64,000 nucleotides of DNA from Takakia lepidozioides (GCA_030704615.1 CM060732.1:80290001-80354000), one strand, 5' to 3'; shown: positions 50,633 through 64,000, counted from the first letter of the stretch. Notes: generated by a model not told the origin, from the sequence alone. Numbers and translations: made by a program.

Positions 50633-52972
50633 TTAGCTTGCTTGACGAGTGCGACTATCTTGGATGCTCTTGTTGTGTTGTTCATCGTACACTTTCGGCG
50701 CATATACTTGGCGAACTACCTCCTTTTTCGAGCCCTGCTTGGTGGGTGGCAGAGTACCAAACACCTTGTCCCAAAAAGTACTTGTGACACCGAAATTGTA
50801 GTTGTGCATCTTGTTCTTGAAATGGTGATCCGAGTGGAGTTTCTGCATCAAGAAGCAGAAACTGGAACCCTTCAATTCCATGTGACGCAACAAGTGTGCA
50901 CACTGAACTGCAGACTGGACTCTAGGATGGAACAGTGGAAGTAGGTCGGTTAAAGTATAGTATAGTTGCACAACATGTACCATGAGAGCCGCCGAATTCA
51001 TGAATAAACATACATACGTTGCTGGTAGGTGGCGCCTGGCCGATTAAGCTATCCTCAAATGTGGTAACTGTCAAGCATTCAACGAGCCTACTCGAAATGC
51101 AGACTAGTGGCAACTGAAGGACTGGACCATACCTTCATCTCGTACAGCTGCTTCGTGAATGCAGCACCATAATGAAGGAAGAAATGGGTAAGGTCGTACG
51201 CAATGTACCCAAATAACACCCCTCCAGACAACGAAGGAGCCACACCGCGGGGAATCAGGAGTGCGCCTATATGCCACAGCTGCACAATATTGGGGGAGAA
51301 AGATTTAAGAATGAGTCATCGGCATAACAATGATAGCTAGCATTTCTGGAAGTAGCAAGTGGTACTGCTGCAATCATCTCAATGCTGCTGCCATCTACTT
51401 CTTAGGTGATTAACTATACTCCGTAACTTATTGGACAGGCGCCATGCTAGAGTTGTGCGTAATTCTTTCCGTCTCCTTGGTACATCATCTACAGATTCCC
51501 TTTATCCTCCGTTCCCACCGTCTGTCTAGGAATATAATCTCTAGATTTCTAGCATACATACAATGGGATGGAAGTTTGCAATCCTGGCGATAGTGGAATT
51601 CATATATACTTACAGGGAAAGCAATGATGAAGGTAAACAATGGAGGAAATACAAGTCGATCTGCGTCCATTGGGTGCTTGTGGTGGAATCCATGGATAAG
51701 ATAATGAAATGTGATTGCCCTGTTCCAGATAAAGCAAGGTACATGAGAGATGGTACACGTCTGTATATACGAACTTCTCGGCGAGGGATGATCTATAAAA
51801 TCTCTTGCACCGTGACATCTGAGACCATAATCTGGCGAGTGTATGAGAAAGGCATCCATAAATTAGATAGCTCTCTTTATCCAGGTTTCAAATGCGTAAG
51901 TCGCCTTGAGAATATACGCACCTACTATATACTCATGCAAGTAATTAGTCACGTCTGTTCAGATAGTTTCTCGATGGTCGTTAGTGACCCTAAGACCCCA
52001 TCTAGAAAATCAAATTGTCTACCATCTTCAGCAAACTACGTATGGAAATTTGGCATCGACTGAAAGAACAGTTCTCACCAATAGCTTGAAGCCTTTATGT
52101 GGAAAGCAAAACGGTGAATGCAGTACTCAAATAACGTCCACAGCAAAACCCCTGACATGAATGACGGTACAATGAACTGGGCGGGCAGCCCATCGGCCAA
52201 GGCTCGCATTTGTGTCCACATCACAACTGGCACCCATATCGTCGGGATGAGCCACCATTTTGTACGAGTCAAAAACTGCAGATGTCAATCAAAACTATCA
52301 CCTTCAGTAACATGGATAGAAAACAGCAGTAAAGACATACATACGGGCAAACAAGAATGTCATCCTCAAGGTTGTGCTGCTACATGATAATACTTCGACG
52401 GTGGACTCTGACTGAGAAGTTTCGGAGCAATCCTCACGCACATGGCATGCTCAAAATGGCTCTCGGGAACTAGTACAGAAGGGATGAACACGCTGCATGA
52501 ACACGCTGCAAGATTCATGGTATTGGACAGTACAGTTTTGGAACATTTTGTGTAAACCAGTCCATACCTCAAGGATATCATTTTCGAAAAAACGAGGGGT
52601 TTCCTTACGAGGTATCGCCTGGTGCACCCAGTCGTCATATTCTTCTCCGAGATGGCCAACCTGAAAAGTGCAAGCGAAACTTCGTCACTCATGAGGCTAT
52701 GTATCTAGACGGAGCAAATCCAGCCCACCATCAGCACCTAAGATTCTGGACACGTAACCAAGTTGAACTTCCAGGAGACCGGTGTAATCGATCGTACGAC
52801 ATCTGGTTTACAATACAGTGGATGATCCAGCAAAGGTAGGTCTGCAAATTAAGGTTTGAAGTCTAACCTGGAAAACAATAGGCTTGCTCAGGTCCACCGT
52901 GAACTTCTTAGACTCGAGGCCGTCATGTTGCAGGGCCCCAACTTGCTGCTTGCCAGGTAATCCAGAAGCCAT
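50633..52972 (-). CDS. FAH: Sphingolipid fatty acid 2-hydroxylase, copy A; 6 exons, 285 aa
   Basis: Exons 52972-52868, 52660-52568, 52275-52079, 51719-51614, 51279-51133 and 50842-50633 (858 nt, GT-AG). His boxes HRFAFH, HGFHHKHP, HFFLH and HSDHHFK, plus FGVTS.FWD.VFGT. No cytochrome b5 domain, as in plant FAH1/FAH2. Confidence 0.92.
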
Positions 52973-55783
52973 TCTAGACTCCCTCCCAAGTCAGGAAATT
53001 GAACTGACGAGGTATTGTATTCGGCAGCTGGTTTGACACCTCCTCGCAGAACCTCTCTAGCTAGCTATCGAAGCAGAGCTGCTGTAATTTGGTGATAGAT
53101 CCACACTATTCACTGATCAGCTGAGTGCCACAGTTTCTGCCGATACTGTGGGGTTGATGGAAGCTTACGAGACAGTGAGGTGCAGAGATGGAGACAGTGT
53201 GCCCGAGCTAGAGCTTATATACACTCTGTATAGTGTACTTGCAATACTTACATGTGTGGCACAGCTGACTGCAGCGTTGATTGTTTTATGACGCCGCGTC
53301 AATTGGACGGTGTCCCCTTCCTTTCTCGTTCAGAGTTTCGTTACAGAGCGAGAACGGCAAGAAAGAGACTTGGATGTGTTTCTGTTCTTTCTGTGAGTCT
53401 AACGGAACTGATCCGTCAGATTCTTACCGAGCCCACCGTGTTGACTGACACCACAGGAGAGAGGTCAACGGGGTTGGTGGCGGGTCAGCGTGTGTGTGTG
53501 CGTGAGTCTCGTCTCTCCTGGCGTACGCTGTGTGGCCCACGCGATAAGAGTCAAAGGGGGTCCACTTCTTTAGACTTTCTGACCTCTGTGGAGTGCGCTG
53601 CAGTGCTGCAGATTGCTGACAGATCTAACACTGCAGTTCAGATTTATAAGAAGTGTAAGAAGTGTAACTCATGCCGAATACATAAGGGGGTTTCCATTAA
53701 AACAATCCATTTGATTCCATCAAGTTTACAGAAAGTTGCATTGTCTCGGACGTATGGGCCGGGCCTGATCCTGGGCTAATCACAGTGTGGGTCTCTTACA
53801 AGCTTTCAGATGTTCTTCTCCAAAGGCAACTAGTGGCTCATAACCTCTCGCTACACATTCCGCACGCAATATTCACGAGTCCCTTTCCTGTCATTGCTCA
53901 TGAGCGGAAGGGTTTATAGTAGTGTTATCCACATATGCTGCTCGGGAGAGATTAATTCTGTGTATGAATTCCAAACAGGAGAGTCGAAGAGGCATTTTGA
54001 ACAATGTCGTGGTGAAAAGCTGGAAAATGTGAGGGAAATGTAGCCTGCCAAGCGTGCCTACGTAGAGCAACGTATCACATTCTTCGCTTGAGGTACACCC
54101 AAGTTGACACACAAAGTCTTCCCAAGAGCGGAAGCTCCCATGGATCCCAGATAATCAGTGTTTGGCATAAGACAATTCCAAACCCCTAATAAGTTATAAG
54201 CCTTACCCAACCACCTTGCACTTTATCATTAAGACAGTGGCCAAAGGACCCTCGTTGGAAGAAAAGATCATTGTCCACAATGATTGAAATGTGAGGAAAA
54301 TCCAATTGCAACAATCACTAGATTTTCCGCCAAATCATTCTCATGTTTAGAAACAGAAATGTGGATGCATTGCCAAAACAAGTGTTACACTTGCCCATAA
54401 AGGGCTACTGCCTGCGGGTTGGAAGGTGGACATGAAGGGGCTTGGGCCGTAACCAGGCAAATCTTGGTTGTCATCATCAAATGAAAAAAAAGGTATGACG
54501 CCTCCTGAAGGCAACGCAAATCATGGCGTCTCTTGACCCGGAATAGCTACTGCCTTTTGGGCTTGAAGGTGGACACTGGACACCTTTGTGACACCAATCG
54601 ATGGATTGACCGCTTCAGAATTGGTATGTGTCCATTACCACTGGCTTCAACTTGGTTGTCCCTCAAATGAACAATGTAGTTGAACCAACTAAAAGAAGAT
54701 GCTCAACATTTGCATTTTCTGAGAATGCAGCTACAATGGTGGATACATCAGGCCCCATAACATTGAAGCTGGGATGACATCTAGTATGTACATACTGGAG
54801 CTAATACCATTTCACTAGTGGTTGTGAGGTTTGGAAACCACATATGTGTGTTGGATGTCGTAAAGATGTCCACCTTCCCATTGAAAGACACTAAAGACCC
54901 CTTTGGGGTCACGTGACACAAATAGATAGGTTTGCTTTGGCACGAGAGTCCACAATTTTTATTTTTTAAAGGTGAGATCCGCCATTTACTTCATAGTTAT
55001 GATTCCCCATGTAGAAGATGGGAATCATGTAAAGAGTTTAATGCACATGCGATCCAATCTCATGGTACTTTGGCCGGATCAGCATGGGCCCGATTCACTA
55101 CTTTAGAATGCAAGAGACAATCAAGCAATTAGTAAGGTGATGGTAGGCAACGAGCTTGGAGACCAAGTGTGAGTTAGGCACTCTCTTGAGTGTAACCCTA
55201 TGTCACCCCGACTGGAGTTACACTACTATCAGTTCCATGTCACTCTTGAGAGGGAGTGGGGAAGATTTGACATGCAAAAAACTGACATTCCGACCTGTCA
55301 GAGGTGGCAGGTGTACATTAAGTTCTTACATTATTCCTACAGTAGGTAAGTCTTCTCAGTCCAAGCCCTTCACCAGCCTCCAGGCCTCCTCGGGAGTATA
55401 AAGGACAACACACACATAGAGATCTCCTGAACGTGCAACGACTTAGGGGTTTACACGTGACAATCCAGAGCAAGCACAGAGAGAAATATAAAGTACATGG
55501 TTGAATTTATGGTAGCACCAGTAAATGGTGAGACATGTAATTATGTACGTAGCACTCTACCTCTGCTCCACCTTCTCTGTATTGCATCTGCTACACTGTC
55601 TCAGCTAGAACACATGGATTTGAGGTGTTTCAAATGTAAGTTTAAAGGACTTCGTATTAAGAATCTGTACACGAATCACTGGACATCTATCCAAATCTTC
55701 CTGATCTACACTATGGTAGCTTCGGGTGAAACTGTCTCTGCAAGTTCCTCGCCCATCAGAGCTCTGGAGTCACACGAGCTCTT

Positions 55784-58156
55784 TTAGCTTGCTTGACGAG
55801 TGCGACTATCTTGGATGCTCTTGTTGTGTTGTTCATCGTACACTTTCGCTTGGCGAACTTCCTCCTTTTTCGAGCCCTGCTTGGTGGGTGGCAGAGTACC
55901 AAACACCTTGTCCCAAAAAGTACTTGTCACACCGAAACTGTAGTTGTGCATCTTGTTCTTGAAATGGTGGTCCGAGTGGAGTTTCTGCATCAAGAAGCAG
56001 AAATTTGAACCCTTCAATTTCATGTGACGCAACAAGTGTGTCCACTAAATTGCAAAACTGGACTCTAGGATAGAACAATTAATTTAACACCAAAATGTCT
56101 TGTGAAGGATCGCTTGAGGAGAGCGAAACGTTCGTGACGAATTGTCGCCACTGTTTCAGCCAGGCGCTTCTCATTTAATTACAATGGAAGTAGGTCGGTT
56201 AAAGTATAGTTGCACAACATGTACGATGAGAACCGTCGAATTCATGAATAAACATATGTTGCTGGTAGGTAGCGTCTGGCCGATTAAGCTATCCTCAAAT
56301 GTGGTAACTGTCAAGCATTCAACGAGCCTACTCGAAATGCAGACTAGTGGCAACTGAAGGACTGGACCATACCTTCATCTCGTACAGCTGCTTCGTGAAT
56401 GCAGCACCATAATGAAGGAAGAAATGGGTAAGGTCGTACGCAATGTACCCAAATAACACCCCTCCAGACAACGAAGGAGCCACACCGCGGGGAATCAGGA
56501 GTGCGCCTATATGCCACAGCTGCACAATATTGGGGGAGAAAGATTTAAGAATACTGCTGCTATCATCTCAATGCTGCTGCCATCTACTTCTTAGGTGATT
56601 TAGTACATTCGGTGACTAGTTTATAATGTATGCCATGCTAGTCGACTTGTGCATATGTAATCCGTGCCGTCCCGCTGGTGCATCTAGCTCTCCTCAATCT
56701 TCCTTTCCCTCCTTCTGTCTAGGAATATAATCTCTAGATTTCTATCAAGTATACCATGGGATGGAAGTTTGCAATTCTGGCGACATCGGTTGAGAGGTTA
56801 TGTTGTGGAATTCATATACTTACAGGAAACGCGATGATGAAGGTAAACATTGGAGGAAATACAAGTCGATCTGCATCCATTGGGTGCTTGTGGTGGAATC
56901 CATGGATAAGATAATGAAATGTGATCGTCCTGTTCCAGATAAAGCAAGGTACATGAGAGATGGTACACTCTGTATAAAGAAACTTCTCGGCAAGGGGTGA
57001 TCTATTTTAAATCTCTCGCACCGTGATGTGATAAGACCGTGATCTGGCTAGTGTATGAGAAACGCATCCACTAATTAGATAGCTCTCTTTATCCAGGTTT
57101 CAAATGCGTAAGTCGCTTTGTGAATATACGCACCGACTATACTCATGCAAGTAATTAGTCACGTCTGTTCAGATGGTTTCTCGATGGTCGTTAGCTGTGA
57201 CCCCAAGACCCCATCTAGAAAATCAAATTGTCTATGGAAATTTGGCATCTACTGAAAGAACAGTTCTCACCAATAGCTTGAAGCCTTTATGTGGAAAGCA
57301 AAACGGTGAATGCAGTACTCAAATAACGTCCACAGCAAAACCCCTGACATAAATGACGGTACAATGAACTGGGCGGGAAGCCCATCGGCCAAGGCTCGCA
57401 TTTGTGTCCACATCACAACTGGCACCCATATCGTTGGGATGAGCCACCATTTTGTACGAGTTAAAAACTGCATCCATCAAAACTAGCACCTTCAGTAACA
57501 TGGATCATAGAAAACAGCAGTAATGACATCCATACGGGCAAACAACAATATCATCCTCAGGTTGTGCTGCTACATGATAATACTTCGACGGACTGATCTG
57601 ACTGAGAAGTCTCGGAGTAATCCTGACGCACATGCAGGCATGCTGAAAATGGCTCTCGGGAACTGACTAACTAGTACAGAACCGATGAACACGCTGCAAG
57701 TGCTAAATTGGTAATATGGAACTTTTTGTGTAAACCAGTCCATACCTCAAGGATATTGTTTTCGAAAAAACGAGGGGTCTCCTTACGAGGTATCGCCTGG
57801 TGCACCCAGTCGTCGTATTCTTCTCCGAGATGGCCAACCTGAAAAGTACAAACACAAAAATTCTTCACTCAAGGCTATCTTTACATATAGAGCGATCCAA
57901 CCCACCATCAGTACCTAAGATCCACGACACGTCAACAAATCCGACATCGGCTGATGTAAGTTATCATAGTACATCCGGCAAAGATGTCAGGATTCAATGA
58001 ACCCACCCAAATTAGGTGCTCAGGGTCTGCAAATTAAGGTTTGAGTCTAACCTGGAAAACAATTGGCTTGCTCAGATCCACCGTGAACTTCTTAGACTCG
58101 GGGCCGTCATGTTGCAGGGCTCCAACTTCCTGCTTGCCGGTTATTCCAGAAGCCAT
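55784..58156 (-). CDS. FAH: Sphingolipid fatty acid 2-hydroxylase, copy B; 6 exons, 282 aa
   Basis: Exons 58156-58052, 57838-57746, 57467-57271, 56929-56824, 56519-56373 and 55984-55784 (849 nt). Near-identical paralogue of copy A. Confidence 0.92.
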
Positions 58157-60203
58157 GCTCCCTCCCAAGTCTGGAAATCGAGCTGATGCTTTGTGAATCT
58201 TGCTGCTTCGCTAATGTATATTTTAAGGGTCACTTCCGCCTAATAAATTACAGTATACAGGTGTTGTAAAATGTGGAAGCTGGCTCAGTAGCGATGGGAT
58301 GATACTTCCTCGCAGAACTGTGCCTCTCCTCTCTAGCCAACTATCGAAGCAGCGCTGCTGTAATCTGGTGATAGATCCACACTATTCTGTTCAGCTGAGT
58401 GCAGCTACAGTTGCATGCAAGTGCAAAGGATATTGTGGAGTTGATGGAAGCTTATAATACGAGGTCGAGTAGAGACAGTGAGCTGCAGAGATGAAAGACA
58501 GTGTGCCCGTGCTAGAGCTTATATACAGAGTGTGCAATGCATGTGTGGCACAGTTGACTGCAGCGTTGATTCTTCTACGACGCGGCGTCAATTGGAGTGT
58601 GGGCCCTCACCTTTTCTATCGGAATAGAATATAGGTGACGGAAAATCGACCCGTCTTGTACAAATGTGTTTCTGTCGTACTTGTTCTTTCTTCAGTCGAA
58701 CGGATCCGGTAGACCCCGACGGACCCTACCGTGTGGCTCGAAAGGCGTCGGTTGCAAAGATGGCGGTGTTGACCCCTGTAGACCGCCTTGTATGTTGTAT
58801 TTATTTTGAGAGGCTCGCTTCACCGCGGGTCCTACCTCTACCAACCCATCTGCTATCCGGGGGATTTAAGACTTCCCGTCCGTCCTAATTAAGCACCCAG
58901 CAACAGTTCGGGGACAAATTGAAGGTCAAGGCGGTGGGAGTGGCCAAGAGGGAGGCAGGAACATGGTGCAGTACAGCGAATGGATGCAGCCGTGTGTCCA
59001 GGCTTTGGAGAAACGTGTGCAGTGTCAAGTGTGAAACTGCACAAGTGTGGAGAGGGACCAGCCTTCTGGGAACTTGGGAAGGTCCACCACCGCTTGACAG
59101 GGTCGGGCCCCCCGACCTCTGAGACCCTAATAAATATGAGGTATAAAAACGAGGGGAGGACTTGTGGCCTCTACCGCCTCAATTTTTCCCAGACCTGTTA
59201 ATCTGCTGGGCTCTTGCCGGTCCACTAAAAAACGGAAACTGCAACAGGACAACAGACCATAATAAAACTGTAATAACGTACCTAAGAACCAAGAGATACT
59301 AGGTGAAATGATCGACGACAAATGATTGATAGCTCATATCTCGGATCAACTAAGCGGATAGTTTATGGGGCTTTAATCTGGCCTGCCTGATGTCGGTGCT
59401 GCTTCAACGTGCCTTCAACGTTGTTCAAATGCCTATAGCTGCCTCTTTGATCAGCAGGGGGTCCTCGGTTTCTAGTTTGCTTTTTCAAGTGGGCCCTGCG
59501 CACAGAGTCCACCAAAGAAGTAAGTAGGAGAGCCAACGAAGAGCAAAGCCCTCAGGCAGCTCTCAGGTCGGTGGGCCTGGCCATTCTAGCCTTCCAGCGG
59601 ATAACCCAGCGAAACTATTAGGTTCTCACGTTCTCACCTAGGATCTTCAAAGTAAGGTCCGAGTCTAGCTTGCGAAGGAACGCAGTAATGTTGGCACCTC
59701 TGAGAGAGTGATCCACACCATTCGGTGACCTGAACAGATAATGTCATTTCTGGAAGTGTGAGGATATTGTGGAGTGAGGATCTTTGATGGAGGTCGCAGG
59801 GACACCCACACCTGCAGAGCTGGATCAGTGGATACTCTGACACTACGCTGACTAGTGCGCGTCTCTGCACCTCAACGATGCACAGAATTGGGGCTTGGCA
59901 GTTTGTGGCAGCAGTTGACTGCAGGGTTGACAGTTGACAACGCTATTGTCGTATTTGAATGTTTAGTGAAAGAAACCAAAAATTGTTTTTCAGGCCCCTT
60001 GTGAAGTTTTGAGTCAGCGTTTCATCACATGTAAATTTCTGAACGGTTGATCATTAGTTTTTTTTAAGAAAATTAAAAGGGGAGGAAGCCCTTTAAATCA
60101 TATTAATGAAGAATCATGGCAAAAATACCCATGAGAGGAGGCTATGAAGGCTTACATCACATAGTGATTCGGCATTAGTTATAAGTTACTTGACACAGCT
60201 GTG

Positions 60204-60398
60204 TTATTTATTTATTATTTATTTTATTTTATTTAAAGGAAACCAGGGGCGACTGCTCACAATTCAGGCCCTTGAGGAGGGGGGAAAATTAACCCCCTTT
60301 CGATAAGCCATTAGGTACACAGGTGGGAAACGTCACCACCAGACCAACCGGTCACGAACAATCCACACACCAGGCAGGCAGGGTAGCGGGTTTGAACC
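60204..60398 (-). mobile_element. Candidate 5'-truncated tRNA-derived SINE
   Basis: Minus strand has a B-box-like GGTTCAAACCC (60398-60388) and an A-rich (AAAT)n-like tail (60234-60204). About 60 bp of its 3' body recurs inverted at 62049-62106. Confidence 0.35.
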
Positions 60399-60422
60399 AT
60401 CTATATTGTAGGATGTATTTTC

Positions 60423-61398
60423 CAGTGTTGTGCGGGTACCCGCTTAGGCGGGTTGGAACTGGCGGTTCCGGTTCCTCGGAACCAGTACTGGAACCGGAAC
60501 TGGCGCCCAAGAACCGGAACCGGGGAGCAGGAACAAGCCGGTTCCAGAACCGGATCCGGCGGGTATGGGTTTTTCCAAGAACTGGCAAGGAACTGGAACC
60601 GGGGATCAGTGGCGGTTCCGGATCCGGTTCCTGCACTAGGGTTTTTTTTTTTTTTTTTTTTCCCCGTGATCTGTCGACTTCGGCGCGGGGGAGGGGGGTC
60701 AGCGCACCAGCGCGTGGGCAGCGCGTGAGGGAGGGAGCAGCGTTGTTTTTGTTTTTGTTTTTTGGGTTTTCCTGGTTCTGTAGTCTCGCACCTCCCTCGC
60801 GATGTGCTGCAGTAGTGCGAGCATCAGCACGGGGGAGGGAGCAGCGCAGGGAGGTAGCATCGTAGGCAGCAGTTTTTGTTTTTTCCACGTTGTATCGTCT
60901 CTCACGTCTGTTTTTGAGTAGTGAGGAAGTCCACTTAGATGACAACGAGGAGTTGATTGTAGAGGCCGAGTTGTTTGAGATAAAATGATTTCTTTGTGTA
61001 CTCTACACACATTAATTTATACTCGCTTACATTGCATTATTATTATTTCATAAATTTGTATATGAATGTTGTGTTGTTTCTTTTCAACATGGTCAAAAGA
61101 TTTGATATAACTAATGGGGATTCACAAATCATTTTCAGATTTATAAAGAACGATAAAAACAAATTAATATATATTTTTAAATTCTAAAAATAGAGAACCG
61201 GAACCGGAAACTGGAACCGGCGGTTCCTTCCCAAAAAATACCCGGAACTGGAACCGGAATCTGCTCATGAATTTTGGAACCGGAACCGCTTCATAAAAAA
61301 GAACCGGATCCGGAACCGGAACCGGAACAGTCTCTTCAAATATACCAAGGAACCGGAACCGGAGGTTCCTTCAATATGGCAAGAACCGCACAACACTG
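60423..61398. mobile_element. Non-autonomous hAT element (976 bp)
   Basis: TIRs CAGTGTTGTGCGG / CCGCACAACACTG, perfect 8-bp TSD GTATTTTC (60415-60422 and 61399-61406), many subterminal GGAACC repeats. Confidence 0.93.
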
Positions 61399-63032
61399 GT
61401 ATTTTCCTGTTGTTCCATGTATCCAAAGGGTGATGTAGTTATTTGATGGACCTATGTTTATGTATGAGTCAGTTGAGCTGCACAGAGAGATATTTACATA
61501 ATTTTCCATTATAGGTAATATCTTGAAATAATGCCATTACGAAGAAAAATTTGCTCACGCCAAAAAGAAAAAAACCAATTGACACAATTGCCGCAATCCA
61601 GAATTACTTAAATCAATTGGACGTTCACTCCTAGTATGGGACATGCTGGTGGGACAGACATCAAAGGATTCAAAGATTGGAAATGCGGCCCAAGTATTAC
61701 ACAGATGTCATGACGAAAACAGGATATGCCGTCTCCTTTTGAGGAAGAATTGTCCTAGGACTTGTAATAATCTCACCACCCGGAGGATCACATTTTGCCA
61801 ATTGTGGGGCACCATGAGCAACAGAAGGACATTAGTATCATTGAGGATTAAAGAAAGCAACAATTTCAAGACCAAGAAACATCTAGATTTTGACCCATTG
61901 AGATGCAAAACAATGCTCAGTTCTTTTTGGTTCGTTCTTCCTTTGTATCCGTTGGAATTTGTTTTATTTTTCCTTAAATAACAGAATAAACACATTCATA
62001 ATTAATATTAATAATTAATATTAATTAATGGTATCTCATGTATGCTTCATGGCTTACATGAAAGGGGTTAATTTTCCCCCCAAGGGCCTGAATTGTGAGC
62101 TGTCCCTTCCAGGTTCCTTGTTTTTAAGACAATGTAAAAAGCATAAAGTTCGCAGGGGCATCGCTCCCTTAAAAGCAACAAATAAAATGAAAAAAAACGA
62201 CCTCATGTTCTTACTTGAAAAAATTATTATTATTATTCTTACATGGCAACATGACTCAAGTCTTTTTCTGAGTCGGAGTTGCATCTCAACAATTATATTT
62301 TAACGCATTTTGATTTCTAAAATTAAGATTAGGTACACATCTCAGTGTTTAATAACTTCAAAAATATGAAGATTTATGTGAAATACGCATATGGCTCTTG
62401 AAAACACGTTCTTTTCAAGCTTCAAGCTGACTCAGATCCAACAAAATTTTCTTTATTCTTACAATCTAAAAGATAATATTTAAAATAATATTTCTAGACC
62501 ATTGTATTCCTCATTCCTTTCAACCACAGCTCTATCTTAATGGGGGATCAGCGGTGGTGATTGGGTGAGCATGTGAGTGGCCAAGGTTTGGACATGAAAA
62601 TCTAATCAGTCGTATAGGTTCGACAAGGTTTATAGGTTCAACACCAATAAAATGGCTTCGGATCTAGTTCAGATTAGGCTCGGAAACAGGCTTGGGCTTG
62701 GTTAACCACACATACGCTGGCGCTCAATAACTCACATGATCCCGAACCTAATCCCTATCCAAACTCCAACCCAAACAAAATACAAAAACGAATGCTCATA
62801 TGTATAAATTAATGTGAGCATATAAATTGATGGAAGATAATAGGAATAATATAAGAACTTAATGACAGTCCAGCCCTGACACCCTGTACCGCCGGTTCTC
62901 CGCCTCCGGCAGCCATCGAAAGGCAGCCGGCTGGGCTCGGTCAATCCCTCCCACCCCGCGCTCATCCCATCGGCGTCGTCGTTGCCTGCGTCGTCGTTCT
63001 GCGACACCAGTCCGCCGCTTCCACCAGTCCGC

Positions 63033-64000
63033 CAGTAACCACTAACCCCCATGTAACCCTGTGCAACACATGTAACCCCATGACCCTCTGTAACCCTCAC
63101 CAGGTGTAACCCTCTGTAACACCGCAGAGTGTCACCCCCACCCCTATATAACCCTCACTCCATGTAACCCTCTGTAAAACTTTGCAACCCATGTAATCCT
63201 CTGTGACCCTCTTAACCCATGAAACCCCATGACCCTCTGTAACCCTCAACATGTAACCCCCTATAACCCTCACCACCATGTAACCCTCTGTAACCCATGT
63301 AACCCTCTATAACACCGCAGAATGTCACCCTCACCCCTATGTAACCCTCACTCCGTGGAACCCTCACCAGGTGTAACCCTCACCACCATGTAACCCTCTG
63401 TAACACTGCAGAGTGTCACCCTCACCCCCATATAACCCTCACTCCATGTAACCCTCTGTGACCCTCTGTAACCCTCACCACTATGTAACCCTCTGTAACC
63501 CGTGTATCTCTCTGTAACACCGCAGAGTGTCACCCTCACCCCTATGTAACCCTCACTCCATGTAACCCTCTGTGACCCTCTGTAACCCTCACCACTATGT
63601 AAACCCTCTGTAACCCTCACCACTATGTAACCCTCTGTAACCCGTGTATCTCTCTGTAACACCGCAGAGTGTCACCCTCACCCCTATGTAACCCTCACTC
63701 TATGTAACCCTCTGTGACCCTCTGTAACCCTCACCACTATGTAACCCTCTGTAACCCGTGTATCTCTCTGTAACACCGCAGAGTGTCACCCTCACCCCCA
63801 TGTAACCCTCACTCCATGTAACCCTCTGTGACCCTCTATAACCCTCACTAGGTATAACCCTCGCCACCATGTAACCCTCTGTAACCCATGTAACCCTCTG
63901 TAACACCGCAGAGTGCCACCCTCACCCCTATGTAACCCTCACTCCATGTAACCCTTTGTAACCCTCACCAGGTGTCACCCTCACCACCATGTAACCCTCT
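63033..64000. repeat. Satellite/minisatellite built on TGTAACCCTC with higher-order units; continues beyond the window
   Basis: Dozens of tgtaaccc(t/c) monomers. The marker aacaccgcagagtgtcaccc (or close variants) recurs at ~63118, 63311, 63402, 63516, 63658, 63772 and 63902. Confidence 0.9.

Noticed and set aside
55201-55462. Possible solo LTR (TGTCAC…GTGACA) between the FAH copies
   Set aside because: The flanking 5-mers (CCCTA / ATCCA) do not form a TSD and there is no second copy in the window.
28881-58156. PKS plus two hydroxylases plus a transporter as a biosynthetic gene cluster
   Set aside because: The PKS is a pseudogene, FAH and MOT are conserved primary-metabolism families, and a PPR gene intervenes. 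Nothing in the sequence links them functionally.
60323-61010. 180-197 aa ORFs
   Set aside because: They lie in the GGAACC-repeat, low-complexity interior of the hAT element and have no transposase motifs.
63033-64000. CRISPR-like array, true telomere, or repeat-protein ORFs
   Set aside because: The context is eukaryotic, there are no unique spacers, the monomer is not TTTAGGG/TTAGGG, and the ORFs are simple translations of the satellite.

Overview
Eukaryotic nuclear DNA from a land plant, most likely a seed-free one such as a bryophyte or lycophyte. This is inferred from the PLS-DYW PPR gene, the YQTGC-type type III PKS and the TE families. Host genes in order: an atypical RNL-like NB-ARC-LRR gene (-, ~2.6-7.3 kb); an 8-exon plastid DEAD-box helicase RH50 with a very long repetitive N-terminus (-), head-to-head with an unknown two-exon membrane protein (+); a chalcone-synthase-family type III PKS pseudogene split by ~10 kb of nested TEs (a Copia element containing a P-element-like transposase and CACTA fragments); a MOT1/MOT2 molybdate transporter with an apparent frameshift; a PPR-DYW editing factor whose DYW domain is uncoupled by a deletion; and two tandem, intact-looking sphingolipid fatty-acid 2-hydroxylase (FAH) genes. 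Intergenic DNA holds LINE remnants, a Sola-like transposase relic, a young hAT non-autonomous element with a perfect 8-bp TSD, a candidate SINE and a TGTAACCCTC-based satellite running off the right end. The best leads are the non-canonical NLR, the P-like transposase in a plant, the textbook hAT excision footprint next to the PKS catalytic Cys codon, and the run of three consecutive lesioned genes. All exon models and family calls were made by eye, without database searches.
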